From: Lachnospiraceae bacterium
Lineage (GTDB): Bacteria; Bacillota; Clostridia; Lachnospirales; Lachnospiraceae
Direction of reading: 5' to 3'
Length of the DNA stretch: 64,000 nt
Assembly: GCA_017508825.1 (NCBI GenBank)
Contig: JAFWRC010000013.1
Location: 3,786-67,785, forward strand
The translations under genes and the position numbers were made by a program. How positions within the stretch are numbered: the stretch's first letter is position 1; the number at the start of each line of letters is the position of its first letter. A model generated the notes under the pieces. The model saw only the letters and a program-made list of their open reading frames with translations, was not told where the DNA came from and did not search any database. Shown here in pieces: positions 9,112-19,100 of the stretch.

Positions 9112-9975
9112 TCAATTTATCGTCACATACCCTATACGTATGCCCTTCACAACTTCATCATCCACCGATACCCCATAGGTCTCTTTCAGCGCCTCATACC
9201 ACGCTCCGCCCACGTCGATATCCTTCTGACCGTTATCATATAAGTATAACATATATTCCCGTGCAAGTGTCTCTTTTTTCACGGATTCGATCAGTTCCTC
9301 CCGGGAAAGCTGCAGCGCCTCGGCTGCCTTGGGTGACTGATCCAGGAAATACCGGTCCGCTTCCATGATCGCAGCCTTCTCCTGCTCTTCCGTAAGCGCA
9401 AAGCCTTTCGCTTCCGCTTCCCGCACATAGATGGCATCCCGCACGGCATAGTCTACTACGGCTTTTCTTCCCAGATCCGACATATAGCCGGACTGATCGC
9501 CTTCATCATTCAAAAACAGGTTCCAATAGGCTTTGGGATCTGCGGCATCGTATGCCTGCGCCCGTACGTCGCCGTCCCGTTCAACCTTCCATACATAATA
9601 GGCCAGGTCGTTTAAGGTCAGTGTGACTGGTGTCCCGTCCGGTACCGTCATAGTCACCGCCACATCCTCTAAATGCTCCCGGTAGACCATCCCGCTGCTG
9701 CCGGCGCCCTTGGATAACAGGATCCCCGCCATTGCTACAAACAAAAGGCTCAAGATCATCGGCCGGTATTTCCGCAGGATCCCGCGTCTGCGCGCTTTGG
9801 CCGCACGGATTGCATCTTCTTCCGTCCCTCTCCGTCTTGCCCGGGCCGTATTCAGATAATGGTATGTGATCGCCTCCCCGGTAAACGGATCGATCCGATC
9901 CACCATCCTCGGGTTATTGCTTCCCGTTACCTTCCTCGTTCCTTTTCCGATCACCTCTGCCGGTTTCTCATCCAC
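9112..9975 (-). CDS. Membrane-anchored protein with SurA/PrsA N-terminal-like helical domain
   Basis: Basic cytoplasmic N-terminus, one TM, then LTLNDLAYY...YWN...EAEAKGFALTEEQ pattern. Probable GTG start at 9975. Confidence 0.55.
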   Translation of the reverse strand: MDEKPAEVIGKGTRKVTGSNNPRMVDRIDPFTGEAITYHYLNTARARRRGTEEDAIRAAKARRRGILRKYRPMILSLLFVAMAGILLSKGAGSSGMVYREHLEDVAVTMTVPDGTPVTLTLNDLAYYVWKVERDGDVRAQAYDAADPKAYWNLFLNDEGDQSGYMSDLGRKAVVDYAVRDAIYVREAEAKGFALTEEQEKAAIMEADRYFLDQSPKAAEALQLSREELIESVKKETLAREYMLYLYDNGQKDIDVGGAWYEALKETYGVSVDDEVVKGIRIGYVTIN

Positions 9976-10128
9976 AGCCTTTCCTCTCCAATACAGTGCG
10001 CAGATCATTCGGTTTATTATACCGCATACCTCCCAAAACTGCAACGTATGACCGTGTCCGGTTCTTTGTCCCTCCGCCATAATATAAATCAATTTATAAG
10101 ATATTATAAATTTTGTTGCGAAAAATTC

Positions 10129-10157
10129 TTGACAACTTTTCTTGTCATCATTATACT
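10129..10157 (+). promoter_or_regulatory. Sigma70/sigmaA promoter of the CPBP-XRE-DUF3169 operon
   Basis: TTGACA-17 nt-TATACT. Confidence 0.8.
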
Positions 10158-10181
10158 GCTGTTTGACAAATAAAGTTGTCA
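10130..10181. promoter_or_regulatory. Two palindromic operators TGACAA-N6-TTGTCA
   Basis: Perfect copies at 10130-10147 (over the -35) and 10164-10181 (near the predicted start site). Confidence 0.75.
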
Positions 10182-10222
10182 GATTTTAATTCTGACCTAA
10201 GCAGATTATTAAAGGAGAAATT

Positions 10223-11272
10223 ATGGAAACAAGCATTGTAATGAAAAAGGCGTATTCAAAATACGCGCTTGCGGCAGGGATCTTTTTGCTCGCCGTGACC
10301 ATCGTTCAGCTTTTCAGCGCCTTCGTTTTAACAGACATCCTTCCGGAACGCATCACGGAATCCAGCGCATTCAGCTTTTTGAACATCATCATTCCCGAAT
10401 ACTTCATCGGGTTTCCGATCCTTTTTCTTCTGGTGAGCAAAATGGAAAAGAATCCGCCGGAAAAGAAGAAGTTCGGATTCGGACGTTCTGTTGTGAGTTT
10501 TCTGATGTGTGCCGGCGCAATGGGGATCGGAATGATCGTGGGTACGCTTTTAAACCTTGCCCTGACAGTTCCGTTCGGTGTAGATGCCGCGGATACCAAC
10601 GCGCTGGCCAACCTGATGCAGGGCTCCGATCCTTTCTGGCGGATCCTGACCGTCGGCATCCTTGCCCCGGTCATGGAAGAGATCATCTTCCGCAAATTTC
10701 TGATCGACCGTACCGTAAAGTACGGTGAATGGGTGGCGATCTTTACCTCCTCGCTGATGTTCGGACTGTTCCACGGCAACTTTTCACAGTTCTTCTATGC
10801 TACACTCCTCGGTGGGATCTTCGCTTACGTATACATCCGCACCGGAAGGATCTGGATCACCATCCTGTTCCACATGCTCATCAACCTGTCTACCAGCGTG
10901 GTCACGGTCACCCTTCTGGGCAACGCGGATTTTGACAAATTTGCCGAGATGCAGGAAATGAGCCAACGGATCATGGCGAATCCGAACGATGCTGCCCTGC
11001 AGAACGAATATGTACAGCTGCTGGGAGAAGCCGGTTCGGTGCTGGCCCTGTATGCATGGTTTACCGTACTCGGTATCCTGGCCATCGTCGGTGTCATTAC
11101 CTGGATCATCGTGCTTGCCAAAAAACATATCCATATCTACCGCACGGAAGCGCAGGTAGACAAAGGGATGAAATATGCCTGGAAAAATCACGGCATGGTC
11201 GTTTTCCTGGTTGCCACCTTCGTAGTCTTTGTGATAAACTACCTGGTAATGATAATACCCGCGATGAAATGA
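10223..11272 (+). CDS. CPBP (CAAX/Abi) family intramembrane metalloprotease
   Basis: EEIIFR, FGLFH and HMLIN motifs; multiple TM helices. Confidence 0.92.
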   Translation: METSIVMKKAYSKYALAAGIFLLAVTIVQLFSAFVLTDILPERITESSAFSFLNIIIPEYFIGFPILFLLVSKMEKNPPEKKKFGFGRSVVSFLMCAGAMGIGMIVGTLLNLALTVPFGVDAADTNALANLMQGSDPFWRILTVGILAPVMEEIIFRKFLIDRTVKYGEWVAIFTSSLMFGLFHGNFSQFFYATLLGGIFAYVYIRTGRIWITILFHMLINLSTSVVTVTLLGNADFDKFAEMQEMSQRIMANPNDAALQNEYVQLLGEAGSVLALYAWFTVLGILAIVGVITWIIVLAKKHIHIYRTEAQVDKGMKYAWKNHGMVVFLVATFVVFVINYLVMIIPAMK

Positions 11273-11329
11273 TCTGTCCGGTTCCGCGCGGATCCGTTTC
11301 TGCCACGGGTATAAAAAGGATCTGTGCCT

Positions 11330-11554
11330 ATGGCCCTGAAAAATTGTCTGAAAAAATACAGGGCACAACTGGGAGTAAATCAGCAGGAACTCGGTGCCCT
11401 GGTACACGTATCCAGACAAACGATCAGCTTAATAGAACGGGGGGATTATTCTCCCTCGGTTGCCCTGGCTTTAAGACTGGCCGGGGTTTTTGGCGTTAAA
11501 GTAGAAGATATCTTCGAATATGTCGATGATGAAGGGGATGATACAAATGAGTGA
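11330..11554 (+). CDS. XRE-family HTH transcriptional regulator
   Basis: QQELGALVHVSRQTISLIERGDYSPSVALAL. Confidence 0.93.
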   Translation: MALKNCLKKYRAQLGVNQQELGALVHVSRQTISLIERGDYSPSVALALRLAGVFGVKVEDIFEYVDDEGDDTNE

Positions 11555-12380
11555 AGCAAAAAAAGCCGAAGAAAAAAAGAACGCCGAGATCCAAAAGGAA
11601 GACAGCAGCAAAAAAACTCTTTTCGGCATCGTTACCGTCAGTTCCGGTATTATAGGCGGCATCCTGGATTATTTATTCGCTTCCAAAGAGAATGCGATCG
11701 AGCAGCTTTGGAAACTGTTTGGCAAAAGTACCCAGAGCACCGCTATCTTCTTTACTCTCTTTATGCTGATCACCGGGCTCTCCTTTTGGAGTTTCTGTAC
11801 GATCCGGTTTCGGACAATAAAACTTCTTTGGGCCGATGAAGAAGCCCGTGATGACAACTGGGATTACATCGAAACCCGTCTTGCGGATCTCTGCACCATC
11901 TCCAGCGTGGCCATTATCGTAAATCTATTCCTGTACGGATGTGCTGTGTATAATGTCCGCGGCAACCTGAAACTGCGCGAAGCCATGACCGGTCTTAATC
12001 TGGCCTACACGATCAGTTTTGCTGCTGCAGTCGTCCTGATGCTCGCATTCTCTTTTGCCTTCTTTTATCTGCAGAAAAAATTCGTTGATTTTGAGAAGAT
12101 CATGAACCCGGAAAAAAAGGGCAGTTTATACGATCTCCGTTTCCGGAAGAAATGGTATGAAAGCTTCGATGAAGCTGAGAAACAGCAGGCCGGTATTGCC
12201 GGTTACAAAGCAACCATGATCGTCAGCACTACCTGCGCGGTCATGAGCGTCATCTGGCTCTGCATCGGCATGATCCTGAATGTCACCCTGCTCCCGCTCC
12301 TGTCCATCGTGACGATCTGGCTGATCCTGGTCATCACCTTCGGCATCGAGAGCAAGAAGGTGATGGGAAAGATGAAATAA
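11547..12380 (+). CDS. DUF3169-like membrane protein
   Basis: NPEKKGSLYDLRFRKKWYESFDEAEK motif; several TM helices; overlaps the XRE gene, a typical pairing. Confidence 0.8.
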   Translation: MSEAKKAEEKKNAEIQKEDSSKKTLFGIVTVSSGIIGGILDYLFASKENAIEQLWKLFGKSTQSTAIFFTLFMLITGLSFWSFCTIRFRTIKLLWADEEARDDNWDYIETRLADLCTISSVAIIVNLFLYGCAVYNVRGNLKLREAMTGLNLAYTISFAAAVVLMLAFSFAFFYLQKKFVDFEKIMNPEKKGSLYDLRFRKKWYESFDEAEKQQAGIAGYKATMIVSTTCAVMSVIWLCIGMILNVTLLPLLSIVTIWLILVITFGIESKKVMGKMK

Positions 12381-12385
12381 ACCGC

Positions 12386-13312
12386 TTACAGCCACTTCTT
12401 TTTCTTAAAGAAGATCAGGCAGAAGAGCACGATCAAAAGGCTCACGACCATTACCGCAGGGTAGCCAAACGGCGACTGCAGTTCCGGCATGTAGACAAAG
12501 TTCATACCGTACCACCCCACGATCAGAGTCAGTGGCATGAAGATAGCCGTCACTACCGTCAGCACCGTCATGATGCGGTTCTGCTTCATATCGATGCGCG
12601 ACTTGTAAAGGTCGTTCAGCTGTACCGTATAATCACGTAAAGACCCCGCCACGTCGTACAGACGGGCCATACGGTTTAAGAACAGATGGAAATAACGCAG
12701 ATTGTCTTCTTTGAAAAAGTTGTTTTCATTCTCTTCCAGTTCCTGCCCAAGGTCGATCAGCTGCTCATAATTGATCCGTAACTGGCGCACATCACCGCGG
12801 ATCAGGTTGATCTTCTGCAGACACTCTTCGTCCGCGCCGGAAAGGATCTCCTTTTCCACCGCATCCAGATCACACTCGTATTTTTCCATTAACAGCAGAT
12901 CCTCGTGCACGATCATTTCGAGAAAATCATACAGGAAGCGTTCCAGACTGGGAAACCGCCAGTACTTGATCTTTGTGATCTTTTCGATCAGCTCGCTCAC
13001 GGTATTGGAATCATCGATAAACACGACGCCGCGCTCGTCCATCGCAAATGCAAACACCCTGTCATCCGCATCCAGATCCTTCCGGTCCGGTATTGCAAAG
13101 GTACCGGTCAGGGAGTCATAGTTCACTTCGATCTTGGTACCGAAGATCTCACTGGTATTGATCTCCATATCGATACCCATCTCAAAGCACTCCCGCTGCT
13201 CCGTCCACTGCTCCGAGGTAAGCACCGCTACATACTGCTGTCCTTCTTTGCTGCATTTTTTCAGGTCCGCTGCCTTGCAGGCAACCAGCCGGTCTTTAAT
13301 AATATAAAACAT
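12386..13312 (-). CDS. corA: CorA-family Mg2+/Co2+ transporter
   Basis: FMPLTLIVGWYGMNF signature, MPEL and two C-terminal TMs. Confidence 0.92.
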   Translation of the reverse strand: MFYIIKDRLVACKAADLKKCSKEGQQYVAVLTSEQWTEQRECFEMGIDMEINTSEIFGTKIEVNYDSLTGTFAIPDRKDLDADDRVFAFAMDERGVVFIDDSNTVSELIEKITKIKYWRFPSLERFLYDFLEMIVHEDLLLMEKYECDLDAVEKEILSGADEECLQKINLIRGDVRQLRINYEQLIDLGQELEENENNFFKEDNLRYFHLFLNRMARLYDVAGSLRDYTVQLNDLYKSRIDMKQNRIMTVLTVVTAIFMPLTLIVGWYGMNFVYMPELQSPFGYPAVMVVSLLIVLFCLIFFKKKKWL

Positions 13313-13354
13313 AATGCCATTACCTCTCTTCTATCAATATCATTCCATTTTCGC

Positions 13355-13410
13355 AGCCATGGGGACGGTTCTCCCGGCTCATTCTGAGCCAGAGAACCGT
13401 CCCTGTGGTC
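13355..13410. repeat. REP-like family B copy
   Basis: AGCCATGGGGACGGTTCTCCCGGCTCATTCTGAGCCAGAGAACCGTCCCTGTGGTC hairpin. Confidence 0.88.
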
Positions 13411-13411
13411 A

Positions 13412-15151
13412 CTAAAACTCATATTGGCTGCGGTACAGTCTGGCGTAGAAGCCGCCCTGTGCCAGCAATGTTTCATGGTTTCCCTGCTCGATGATATTGC
13501 CGTCCTTCATGACCAGGATCGTGTCTGCTTCCTTGATGGTGGACAGACGGTGCGCCACGATGAAACTGGTGCGCCCCTTCATCATCCGGGCGAAAGCGTC
13601 CTGGATCTTCATCTCCGTACGGGTATCGATGGAACTGGTCGCTTCGTCCAGGATCAGCATCGGCGGCAGGGACAGCATAATGCGCGTGATGCAGACCAGC
13701 TGCTTCTGGCCCTGGGACAGTACGCCGCCGTCTTCCCCGATCACGGTATCGTATCCCTTCGGCAGCTGCTTGATAAAGCTGTGGCTGTGTGCCAGTTTGG
13801 CCGCGCGGATGATCTCTTCCTCCGTGGCATCCGGCTTGCCCAACGTGATATTCTCCCGGATCGTTCCCGGTTTTAACCAGGTCTCCTGCAATACCATACC
13901 GTAAGACGTCCGCAGGGAATGCCTGGTATAATCCCGGATGTCCGTTCCGTCCACGGCGATGCTTCCGCTCTTTACATCATAGAAACGCATCAGCAGATTG
14001 ATGAGCGTCGTCTTGCCGCATCCGGTAGGACCGACGATGGCCACACGCTCGCCCGGCTTGACCGATACCGACAGATCCTCGATCAGATGCTGCTCTTCCG
14101 TATAAGCAAAATCCACATGCGAGATCTCCACGGCGCCTTCCGCATTCTTCAACACCTTTGCATCTTCCTGTTCCGCCACCTGCGGTTCCGCCTCGATCAG
14201 TTCAAAGACACGACCGGCGCAGGTAATGGCATTCTGCAGTTCCGTCACCACACCCGAGATCTCATTGAACGGCTTGGTAAACTGGTTCGCATAGCTTAAG
14301 AATGCGGATAGCTGTCCTACCGTCAGCGTCCGTTTGATCACGGCATATGCGCCAAACAAAGCTACGCCGGCATACACGGTATTGTTTACAAAACGGGTGC
14401 AGGGGTTCGTCAGTGAGGAGAAGAAGATCGCCTTCAGTGATACTTTCCGCAGCTCCTCATTATTTTCGGCAAACATCTGCTCTGCATCGTCCTCGTAGCA
14501 AAAAGCCTTCACGATCTTTTCGTTTCCGACCATCTCTTCGATGATCGTGGTTTGCTGTCCCCGGGTCTCCGACTGCTTGCGGAACAGGCTGGAAGTATTC
14601 TTCGCGATAAACGCTGCCACAAACAAAGATAACGGCGTAAGCACAATGACTACCAGCGCCACCCACTTGTGGATCGCCAGCATCAAAAACAATGTGCCTC
14701 CGATGGTCAGGATACCGGTGAAAAACTGGGTAAAACCCATGAGCAGGCCGTCCGCAAAGGTATCCACATCCGCAATGATGCGGCTCACCGTCTCCCCGGT
14801 GGGATGCTTGTCCAAATAGGACAGCGGCAGCCGCTCGATCTGTTTCATCGCCGCCTGGCGGATATCCCGCACCGTACCGTAAGTGATATGGTTGTTGCAG
14901 GCATTCATGATCCACTGCGCTGCTGCCGTGACCGCGATCACCAGCGCCATCTGCAGCAGGATCCCTTTGAGTGCATCGAAATCCACTTTTCCTTTTCCCA
15001 CCACCAGATCCACCGCATTACCGGTGAGCACCGGCAGATACAAAGCCAGCAATGCTGATACCGCCGCAAAGAAGACCGAAGCCAGCATAAAGGGCCAGTA
15101 GGCTTTCAGGTAATGCAAAATTTTCCGGATGATCTTTTTGTTACTTTTCAT
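13412..15151 (-). CDS. ABC exporter ATPase/permease (heterodimer subunit 2)
   Basis: TM domain, GPTGCGKT, LSQGQKQ, ILDEATS and IVAHRLST. Confidence 0.93.
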   Translation of the reverse strand: MKSNKKIIRKILHYLKAYWPFMLASVFFAAVSALLALYLPVLTGNAVDLVVGKGKVDFDALKGILLQMALVIAVTAAAQWIMNACNNHITYGTVRDIRQAAMKQIERLPLSYLDKHPTGETVSRIIADVDTFADGLLMGFTQFFTGILTIGGTLFLMLAIHKWVALVVIVLTPLSLFVAAFIAKNTSSLFRKQSETRGQQTTIIEEMVGNEKIVKAFCYEDDAEQMFAENNEELRKVSLKAIFFSSLTNPCTRFVNNTVYAGVALFGAYAVIKRTLTVGQLSAFLSYANQFTKPFNEISGVVTELQNAITCAGRVFELIEAEPQVAEQEDAKVLKNAEGAVEISHVDFAYTEEQHLIEDLSVSVKPGERVAIVGPTGCGKTTLINLLMRFYDVKSGSIAVDGTDIRDYTRHSLRTSYGMVLQETWLKPGTIRENITLGKPDATEEEIIRAAKLAHSHSFIKQLPKGYDTVIGEDGGVLSQGQKQLVCITRIMLSLPPMLILDEATSSIDTRTEMKIQDAFARMMKGRTSFIVAHRLSTIKEADTILVMKDGNIIEQGNHETLLAQGGFYARLYRSQYEF

Positions 15152-15170
15152 TTTGCACAACCCCGCATTG

Positions 15171-15208
15171 GGCACAAGGGGTACCGCTTGCGGTGGATTC
15201 CTTGTGCC
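15171..15208. repeat. Family C hairpin
   Basis: GGCACAAGG-GGT-ACCGC-TT-GCGGT-GGATT-CCTTGTGCC between the two ABC genes. Confidence 0.65.
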
Positions 15209-15221
15209 GGTCTGATATCCT

Positions 15222-16949
15222 TCATACTTCGTTCTCCTTGCCGAATTGTGAATTATAGATTTCCTGATACACTTCGCAGTCTTTCATCAGGCTCTCGTGA
15301 TCTCCGAGCCCCACGACCTCTCCTGCATCCAGTACCAGGATCTGGTCGGCATGCATAATGGACGCCGTACGCTGGGATACGATAAAGGTCGTCGGGCTGT
15401 CCGGCATCTCCCGGATCGCCTTGCGCAGGGCAGCATCCGTAGCATAATCCAGAGCCGAAGTAGAATCGTCCAGGATCAGGATCGCCGGCTTTTTCACCAG
15501 TGCCCTTGCGATGGCCAGTCGCTGTCTCTGACCGCCGGAAAAGTTCTTACCGCCCTGTGCTACCTTATAGTCCAGACCGCCTTCCTTTTCCATCACAAAA
15601 TCTTTTGCCTGCGCCATCTGCAAGGCTGCCATGATCTCTTCGTCCGTGGCATCTGCCTTGCCCCAGCGGATATTGTCACGGATGGTACCGGAAAAGAGTA
15701 CGGATTTCTGCGGTACCACGGCAATCCGCTCCCGTAGCGACGCATAGGTATATTCCCGTACGTCCAGACCATCCACCAAAACGCTTCCCCGGGTTGCGTC
15801 ATAAAACCGCGGGATCATCTGGATCACCGAAGTCTTGCCGGAGCCGGTACCGCCGATGATGCCGATGGTGCTGCCTGCTTTGGCCGCAAGCGTGATCCCT
15901 TCCACTGCATTCTCACCGCCGCCGGCATAACGAAGCGCCGCATTTTCAAAGGCAACCACTGCCGCGCCGCCGTCCCATTTCCTGTTCTGCGTTCCTTCCT
16001 GCATGGAAGATGTGATCTCCAGTACGGAAGAGATACGTCCCGCGCTGGCCAGCGCTCTTGTGATCTGTACGATCAGGTTGGCCAGTTTAATAAGCTCTAC
16101 CAGGATCTGTGACATATAGTTGACCAGGGCAACCACCGCGCCCTGCGTCAGCCGTCCGGTATCCACCGCGACCGCGCCTTCCCAGAGCAACCACATCAGC
16201 CCCAGGTTGATCAGTGCAAAGGTGATCGGATTGAGCAGCGCCGAGATCTTTCCGGACAATACCTGGATCGCCAGCAGCGCCGCATTGGCCTCACCGAATT
16301 CCTGCTGTTCTTTTTCCTCCAGCCCAAAAGCCCTGGTCACACGCACACCGGTCAGTGCCGAACGTGTCTTTGACGTTACCTGGTCCAGACTGCCCTGTAC
16401 CTTTTTGTACATCGGGATGGTCAGACGCATGATCACATACACCACCAGAGACAGCAGCAGTACCGTCACACCAAAGGTCACGGTCGCCTTACTGTCGATG
16501 GAGATCGCCATGATCACGGCACCCGCCACCACAAAAGGAGAACGCAGCAACAAACGCAGGAACATGTTCACGCCACCCTGCAGTGTATTGATATCTGAAG
16601 TCAGTCTCGTTACTAACGTAGAAGTACCGAGCGTGTCAATTTCCGTATAGGACAATGTCTGGATATGCGAAAAGACCGCATTTTTCACCTTTGCCGAAAA
16701 GCCCACCGCTGCCTTGGCCGAAAAATACTGCGCTGTCAGGGAGCAGGTCAGTCCCACCACCGCCAGCGCAATCATCACCAGGACCATCTTCAGGACATAA
16801 TCCTTATCCCCGTTTGCAATACCCACATCAATGATGCGCTTTACCACCAGCGGCACCATCAGCTCAAAAGAAGCCTCCAGCAGTTTGAACAGGGGGCCCA
16901 GGATACATTCCTTCTTATAACCTTCAAAATATTTCAATAATGTTTTCAT
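15222..16949 (-). CDS. ABC exporter ATPase/permease (heterodimer subunit 1, degenerate site)
   Basis: GGTGSGKT, FSGGQRQR, ILDDSTS (Asp for catalytic Glu) and IVSQR (Gln for His). Confidence 0.93.
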   Translation of the reverse strand: MKTLLKYFEGYKKECILGPLFKLLEASFELMVPLVVKRIIDVGIANGDKDYVLKMVLVMIALAVVGLTCSLTAQYFSAKAAVGFSAKVKNAVFSHIQTLSYTEIDTLGTSTLVTRLTSDINTLQGGVNMFLRLLLRSPFVVAGAVIMAISIDSKATVTFGVTVLLLSLVVYVIMRLTIPMYKKVQGSLDQVTSKTRSALTGVRVTRAFGLEEKEQQEFGEANAALLAIQVLSGKISALLNPITFALINLGLMWLLWEGAVAVDTGRLTQGAVVALVNYMSQILVELIKLANLIVQITRALASAGRISSVLEITSSMQEGTQNRKWDGGAAVVAFENAALRYAGGGENAVEGITLAAKAGSTIGIIGGTGSGKTSVIQMIPRFYDATRGSVLVDGLDVREYTYASLRERIAVVPQKSVLFSGTIRDNIRWGKADATDEEIMAALQMAQAKDFVMEKEGGLDYKVAQGGKNFSGGQRQRLAIARALVKKPAILILDDSTSALDYATDAALRKAIREMPDSPTTFIVSQRTASIMHADQILVLDAGEVVGLGDHESLMKDCEVYQEIYNSQFGKENEV

Positions 16950-17002
16950 AATTCTTTATCTTAACCAATCTGCCTGCTTCTGTCAAACCGGTGAAACAAA
17001 AC

Positions 17003-17028
17003 AAAACCCCCGAAAAATCGAAGGTTTT
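17003..17028 (-). terminator. Probable intrinsic terminator after the DJ-1 gene
   Basis: AAAACC..CGA-AAAA-TCG..GGTTTT hairpin with a T-rich tail on the minus strand. Confidence 0.5.
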
Positions 17029-17054
17029 GTGATCAGGTTCTATGTATTTTCTTA

Positions 17055-17603
17055 TTACGGCATCATCACCGTTGCTGCCATCTTGTCCGCCGTTGCCTTG
17101 TCCGTAAAGATCTCCAGCAGTTTCAAGCCAAACTGTGTTGCCGTTCCCATACCGCGGGAAGTGATGATGTGTCCGTCTACCACCACTGGATCCGTTACGG
17201 CCTGCGCACCGGTCAGCTCGTCTTCCATGCCGCCGTAGCAGGTTGCTTTCTTTCCCTGCAGCAGTCCCAGCATACCAAAGATCGTCGGCGCCGCGCAGAT
17301 GGCTGCGATATACTTGCCTGCCGCATCGTATTCCTTTACTTTTTCCAGAAGCGGCGCATAGCCTTTCAGGTTCTTCGTACCCAGTCCGCCGCCCGGGAGC
17401 AGCAGCATATCCACACCGGTAAAGTCAAACTTTTCAAATACCGTGTCTGCTTCCACATCGATATTGTGCGAACCATGCACCGTGGTGCGTCCCATAATGG
17501 ATACCGTCGTCACATTCATCCCGCCGCGTCGCAGCAGATCGATGGGTGCGATCGCTTCCACTTCTTCAAAACCGTCTGCCAGAAATACTGCGATATTTGC
17601 CAT
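17055..17603 (-). CDS. DJ-1/ThiJ/YajL family glyoxalase/deglycase
   Basis: GFEEVEA, LLPGG, AAICAAP and ITSRGMG motifs. Confidence 0.93.
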   Translation of the reverse strand: MANIAVFLADGFEEVEAIAPIDLLRRGGMNVTTVSIMGRTTVHGSHNIDVEADTVFEKFDFTGVDMLLLPGGGLGTKNLKGYAPLLEKVKEYDAAGKYIAAICAAPTIFGMLGLLQGKKATCYGGMEDELTGAQAVTDPVVVDGHIITSRGMGTATQFGLKLLEIFTDKATADKMAATVMMP

Positions 17604-17675
17604 GATATAACCCTCCGTTTTTTACTAACTGATAAACACCTACGCTGACCATTATAGCATACCTTGCGTTATGAT

Positions 17676-17713
17676 ACAAACAGCGCGCAGTCTTTTGACC
17701 ACGCGCCGTTTGT
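17676..17713 (-). terminator. Long hairpin downstream of dapL (probable terminator)
   Basis: ACAAACGGCGCGTGGTC-AAAA-GACTGCGCGCTGTTTGT on the minus strand. Confidence 0.6.
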
Positions 17714-17788
17714 TCATTCTATGGGAGATAAGATATACGCTTTTTCACTTTGCCTTCCCCTTGCGGGGCGCTATGGCTCCTCTGAAAA

Positions 17789-19003
17789 TTACATCTTCTT
17801 AATTCTCTCGATCGCTTCCACCGTGTTCTCGTAGCTGCCGAATGCCGTCAGGCGGAAGTAATGCTCACCGCTGGGCCCGAAGCCGCTGCCCGGCGTTCCG
17901 ACCACGTTTGCTTTCTCCAGCAAATAGTCAAAGAATTCCCAGCTGGTCATATTGTTCGGGGTCTGCAGCCAAATGTACGGCGCATTCACACCACCGGATA
18001 CCGTATAGCCTGCTGCTGCCAGTCCCTCGCGGATCGTCGCCGCATTCTTCATATAATATGCTACCTGCTCTTTCAGCTGTGCCTGTCCTTCCGGCGTATA
18101 TACCGCTTCACCGGCTTTCTGGATGATGTACGGCGCGCCGTTGTACTTGGTGCCATGACGTCTTGCCCACAGAGAGTGCAGCTGCACATTCCCGGCCTTC
18201 AGATCCTTCGGGATCACGGTGTAGCCCAGGCGCACACCGGTAAAGCCTGCGTTCTTGGAGAAGGAATGGATCTCTATCGCGCATTCCCTTGCGCCTTCGC
18301 ACTCGTAGATGCTGTGCGGTACGTTTTCTTCGGAGATATATGCTTCGTAAGCCGCATCATAGATGATCACGGCGCCTTCCTTATTGGCATAATCTACCCA
18401 CACCTGCAGCTGATCCTTTGTGATCGTAGCACCTGTCGGATTGTTCGGAAAGCACAGATAGATCAGATCCGGTACGGTCTTCGGCAGCTCCGGCGCAAAG
18501 CCGTTTGCTGCGGTACAGGGCATATAGATCACATCCGACCATGTCCCTGTCTTCTCGTCATAGGTTCCGGTACGGCCTGCCATTACGTTGGTATCCACAT
18601 AGACCGGATACACCGGATCGCATACCGCCACCTTGCAGTCACGTGCAAAAATCTCCTGAATGTTACCACAGTCCCCTTTTGCCCCGTCCGATACAAAGAT
18701 CTCATCCGGCGCAATATCGCAGCCACGTGCCTTATAATCTTTTTCCGAGATCACATTTCTCAAAAACTCATAGCCCAGATCCGGCGCATAGCCCTTAAAG
18801 GTCTCTGCCGATGCCATCTCATCCACCGCTTTGTGCAGTGCGTCGATGATCACCGGTGCCAGTGGCTGGGTCACGTCACCGATGCTCAGACGGATGATCT
18901 TTGCATCCGGATGTGCTGCCGAAAACTCCCTCTGCTTTCTTGCTACTGTCGAAAACAGATAACTGCCCGGCAGCTTCAGATAATCTTCATTTGGCCATAC
19001 CAT
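17789..19003 (-). CDS. dapL: LL-diaminopimelate aminotransferase
   Basis: [46 protein letters not shown] and RLTAF motifs. Confidence 0.96.
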   Translation of the reverse strand: MVWPNEDYLKLPGSYLFSTVARKQREFSAAHPDAKIIRLSIGDVTQPLAPVIIDALHKAVDEMASAETFKGYAPDLGYEFLRNVISEKDYKARGCDIAPDEIFVSDGAKGDCGNIQEIFARDCKVAVCDPVYPVYVDTNVMAGRTGTYDEKTGTWSDVIYMPCTAANGFAPELPKTVPDLIYLCFPNNPTGATITKDQLQVWVDYANKEGAVIIYDAAYEAYISEENVPHSIYECEGARECAIEIHSFSKNAGFTGVRLGYTVIPKDLKAGNVQLHSLWARRHGTKYNGAPYIIQKAGEAVYTPEGQAQLKEQVAYYMKNAATIREGLAAAGYTVSGGVNAPYIWLQTPNNMTSWEFFDYLLEKANVVGTPGSGFGPSGEHYFRLTAFGSYENTVEAIERIKKM

Positions 19004-19100
19004 GATTTCGTTTCCTCCTAAGTTGCTTTCTTAATGAATCAATGTGATTTATATATCTGTCTCATTTTGGAGAGATCTCCATGCATTTTTTCCAAACGGA

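Noticed and set aside
9053-9115. N-terminal extension of GlgB in the ORF track (similar cases for glnA, HAD-CPBP and the GGDEF at 22453)
   Set aside because: The extensions run through repeats, terminators or promoters; downstream ATGs have better RBS spacing.
15222-16949. Degenerate Walker B/H-loop suggesting a pseudogene
   Set aside because: This is the normal asymmetry of heterodimeric ABC exporters; the partner has the consensus residues.
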